A stretch of DNA of 64,000 bases from Basidiobolus meristosporus CBS 931.73. Lineage: Eukaryota > Fungi > Basidiobolomycota. This document shows, one piece after another, positions 61,558 to 64,000 of this stretch; the stretch's first letter is position 1; each line of letters begins with the position of its first letter. A program made the position numbers and the translations under genes. The stretch spans positions 68,058 through 132,057 of the forward strand of contig MCFE01000202.1 in NCBI GenBank assembly GCA_002104905.1, read 5' to 3'. A model generated the notes under the pieces. It was not told the DNA's origin and searched no databases. It saw nothing but the letters and a program-made list of their open reading frames with translations.

Positions 61558-62695
61558 TTAGGGGGGAGGGAAAGTCACCAAGTTGGTGAAATCTTTATTT
61601 GAGTTAAGAACTAATTTAAGTACAAATAAAGAAGCCAATTAAGAGGTCTAGAACCTCTCTAATAAGTAATCTAATTTATGTTTTGTTTCATCTCTAATGT
61701 TTGTTTCAATGAAGTAAAGCTCATCAGGGGTAAATATAAAATTCAGGGGTTTTGGGGGAAGTACAAATTGTAGATGTTTCTGATCAATATAATCCAAGAC
61801 TGGAACCCAGCCTGGGATTAGGTGTAGTAGGAAAGGTGTGTGGACTTGCAAGTAGCTCTGCCACATAGATCTTAGATGGTCCTGAGCCAGTAGTCTTGGT
61901 TTTTCAGCTTTTTGAAGTTTTGAAGCAAGCTCTGTTACTACAGCAGAGCCAACCAGGGTGTGCCAGCAAGAAGATTTCAGGGAGGAGTTAGATTGAAGCC
62001 ATTGTTTGATGGAGGGGTTACGTGATTTCTGAAGTTTGACTAGGAAGGAAGCCTGGAGATAGATCATTCAGATTGGGTATGGGTAGAACCCAAAGACTCC
62101 ATTAGTTGCATGGATATAGGGAGATACTGGAAGATAAGGTACCAAGGATCTGATACACTGATGGAGAAATTTATCCAGGCGGTGAAGTTCTCTGGAGGTT
62201 AGGGATATAATGTGGAGACCAAATTCAGGTACCGGCAGTACATACTGCTTCAGAAGTATAGGGATCTTTGAATTGGAGTGTCTGGAGTGACTACTACCAG
62301 AAGTTTTTTGAGTGCCCGTTGGGCAAGACAGATCCTATTATTCAGGTGGAGCTTTAAGTCAATCCCTTGTTGACAAAACGGCAGACCTAGATATATTGCA
62401 GTTTGTTGTGGCAGAATGCTAGTGTTCTGTATAGTTGTAGTGCATCCAATTGGGACTGTCTTGGAAATTGAGAGTGAGAGGTTGTTGGCAGCCAAGTACT
62501 TCTCAATGATGGCAGTGTCTGCTATGGGATTAGGAGTAGCAATCTTGATATCATCCGCATAGAGAGTTAGTAGTGGATAGGGAGAGTCTGGTGAGGGGCC
62601 TTTTGGAAATAAAGGAAAGTCATGTAGGAATATCACAAATAGTAATGGACCTAGTACAGATCCTTGGACTACTCCATTTGGAACCTCATAAGTCT
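61558..62695 (-). mobile_element. Telomeric LINE family B, 5'-truncated and degenerate
   Basis: GVVQGSVLGPLLFVIFLHDF...LYADD...SKT...YLG; homologous to family A throughout; frameshift and a CGA-to-TGA-type stop; same 3' hairpin terminus. Confidence 0.9.
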
Positions 62696-62696
62696 C

Positions 62697-63770
62697 TTAG
62701 GGTTAGGGGGGGAGACAGTCACCAACAGGTGAAATCTTTATTTCAGTTGAAACAAAGAAGCCAGCGCTACTGTTGTAGCTTTGATACAAGAGTGTGTAGC
62801 TGAGGGGAATTTGTAGGTAAGTTAATAAGAAGTGATGATAGCTCTTCAGTGCTCAAGACACTGTTCAGTGGGAAGGGGGGTAGCAAGAGAGGTAAGAATG
62901 ACTTGTGAACAACATTAATGAGGGGAATGTGATAAGGATTGATATTCATCATAAATGGAGTGTGCTGCTGCAGATATTGCTGCCAAAGGTCTGTCAAGTA
63001 CTTCAGGTAGGCCAGCTTGGGTTTTTCTGACTGCAGAATAAAGTGAGCAAACTTCTTGACTTCAGGATCTCCAAGTATAGTTCTCCAGCAGGAGCCAGGT
63101 GTTGTGTGGTGTGTTCTCTTCCAGGCCTTAATCAGTGGGTTGTTGCAGTTGTGAAGTCTGAGGTATAATCTGGTTCTAAGGTAGAGAAGTCTGATCTTAT
63201 AGGGCATAAACCCAAAAGCACCAAGAATAGCATGTCTGTAGGGGCATTCAGGCAAATGAGGCACCAAGGAGGTAATGCACCATACTGCAAACTTGTCAAG
63301 CTTAGTGCAGTCTCTAGAAGTAAGAGAGAGAAGTGGTAAGCCAAATTCTAGGACAGGGAAGACAAACTGCTTGAGTAGAAGGAGGCAGCTGGGAGCTGAA
63401 GTTGTAGGAGGAGTAACAGCCAACAGCTTGTGGAGTGCCTGTCTTGCAAGGATAATTCTCATCTTCAGGTGTGCTCCAGAGTCTAGTCCAGTAGGAAGGA
63501 AAGGAAAGCCAAGATATGTAGCAGAAACCTGAGCAGGTAGAGTGGAGTTCTCCAAGATGATGGGAGAGCCCAAAGGTACTGTCTTTGCAATGGAAAGCTG
63601 GAGATTATTCTTCTGCAGATACTGGTGGATGGTCTGCGAGTCTTGTTGCACATTGGAGTAGGATATTCTGATGTCATCAGCAAAGAGAGTAACCAGGCAG
63701 TCAGCTGAGAGTCTTGGGAAGTCATTCAGGAAGATGGCAAACAGTATAGGACCAAGCACAGAGCCTTGAA
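62697..63770 (-). mobile_element. Terminal telomeric LINE family A, 5'-truncated at QGS and capped by the telomere
   Basis: Open 330-codon frame (Q)GSVLGPILFAIFLND...LFADD...LSIAKT...YLG...LEFG to KLQQ-stop; 60-nt 3' UTR ending in CCCCCCCTAACCCTAA; 5' end joined to (CCCTAA)n. Confidence 0.95.
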
Positions 63771-63771
63771 C

Positions 63772-64000
63772 TTAGGGTTAGGGTTAGGGTTAGGGTTAGG
63801 GTTAGGGTTAGGGTTAGGGTTAGGGTTAGGGTTAGGGTTAGGGTTAGGGTTAGGGTTAGGGTTAGGGTTAGGGTTAGGGTTAGGGTTAGGGTTAGGGTTA
63901 GGGTTAGGGTTAGGGTTAGGGTTAGGGTTAGGGTTAGGGTTAGGGTTAGGGTTAGGGTTAGGGTTAGGGTTAGGGTTAGGGTTAGGGTTAGGGTTAGGGT
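63772..64000 (+). repeat. Telomere, (TTAGGG)n, about 38 perfect units to the window end
   Basis: Uninterrupted TTAGGG array with the G-strand pointing to the sequence end. Confidence 0.99.

Noticed and set aside
62199-62206. Isolated TTAGGG hexamers (62199, 44352, 60037)
   Set aside because: Single hexamers within element bodies, without the junction motif; expected by chance.
62713-62760. Hammerhead ribozyme or Penelope-like identity for the telomeric elements
   Set aside because: No CUGANGA core next to the stem-GAAA, and the RT motifs are LINE-type.

Overview
Terminal 64 kb of a fungal chromosome arm ending in about 38 TTAGGG repeats (63772-64000). Short GT-AG introns, the gene set and codon style suggest an early-diverging fungus; a Basidiobolus-like zoopagomycete is only a guess. 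3.3-27 kb is a core-like gene block: CASTOR-type ACT protein, Gemin2, a 2,000-aa Ki-67-like FHA/PP1-docking protein, a multicopper-oxidase-fold protein missing half of its trinuclear-cluster histidines, a glomulin/Ybp1-like gene, a 3R-Myb plus 4xC2H2 factor, histone H4, an Xaa-Pro peptidase and pirin. 27-55 kb is accessory: two tRNA genes each with LTRs 8-11 bp upstream, Gypsy and Copia remnants, a 7-copy array of long 36-Cys metallothioneins, two divergent head-to-head uricases and several repeat-rich secreted proteins. The last 5 kb is a head-to-tail stack of 5'-truncated non-LTR retroelements from three families. All face the same way, lack poly(A), share a 3' hairpin/G-run terminus joined to telomeric repeats, and the last is capped by the telomere. 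A fossil stack of the same elements lies 28 kb inside. The best candidates for new biology are the telomere-appended LINE system, the fungal Ki-67-like gene and the T1-only oxidase. All calls are by eye, without database searches; exon boundaries are manual.
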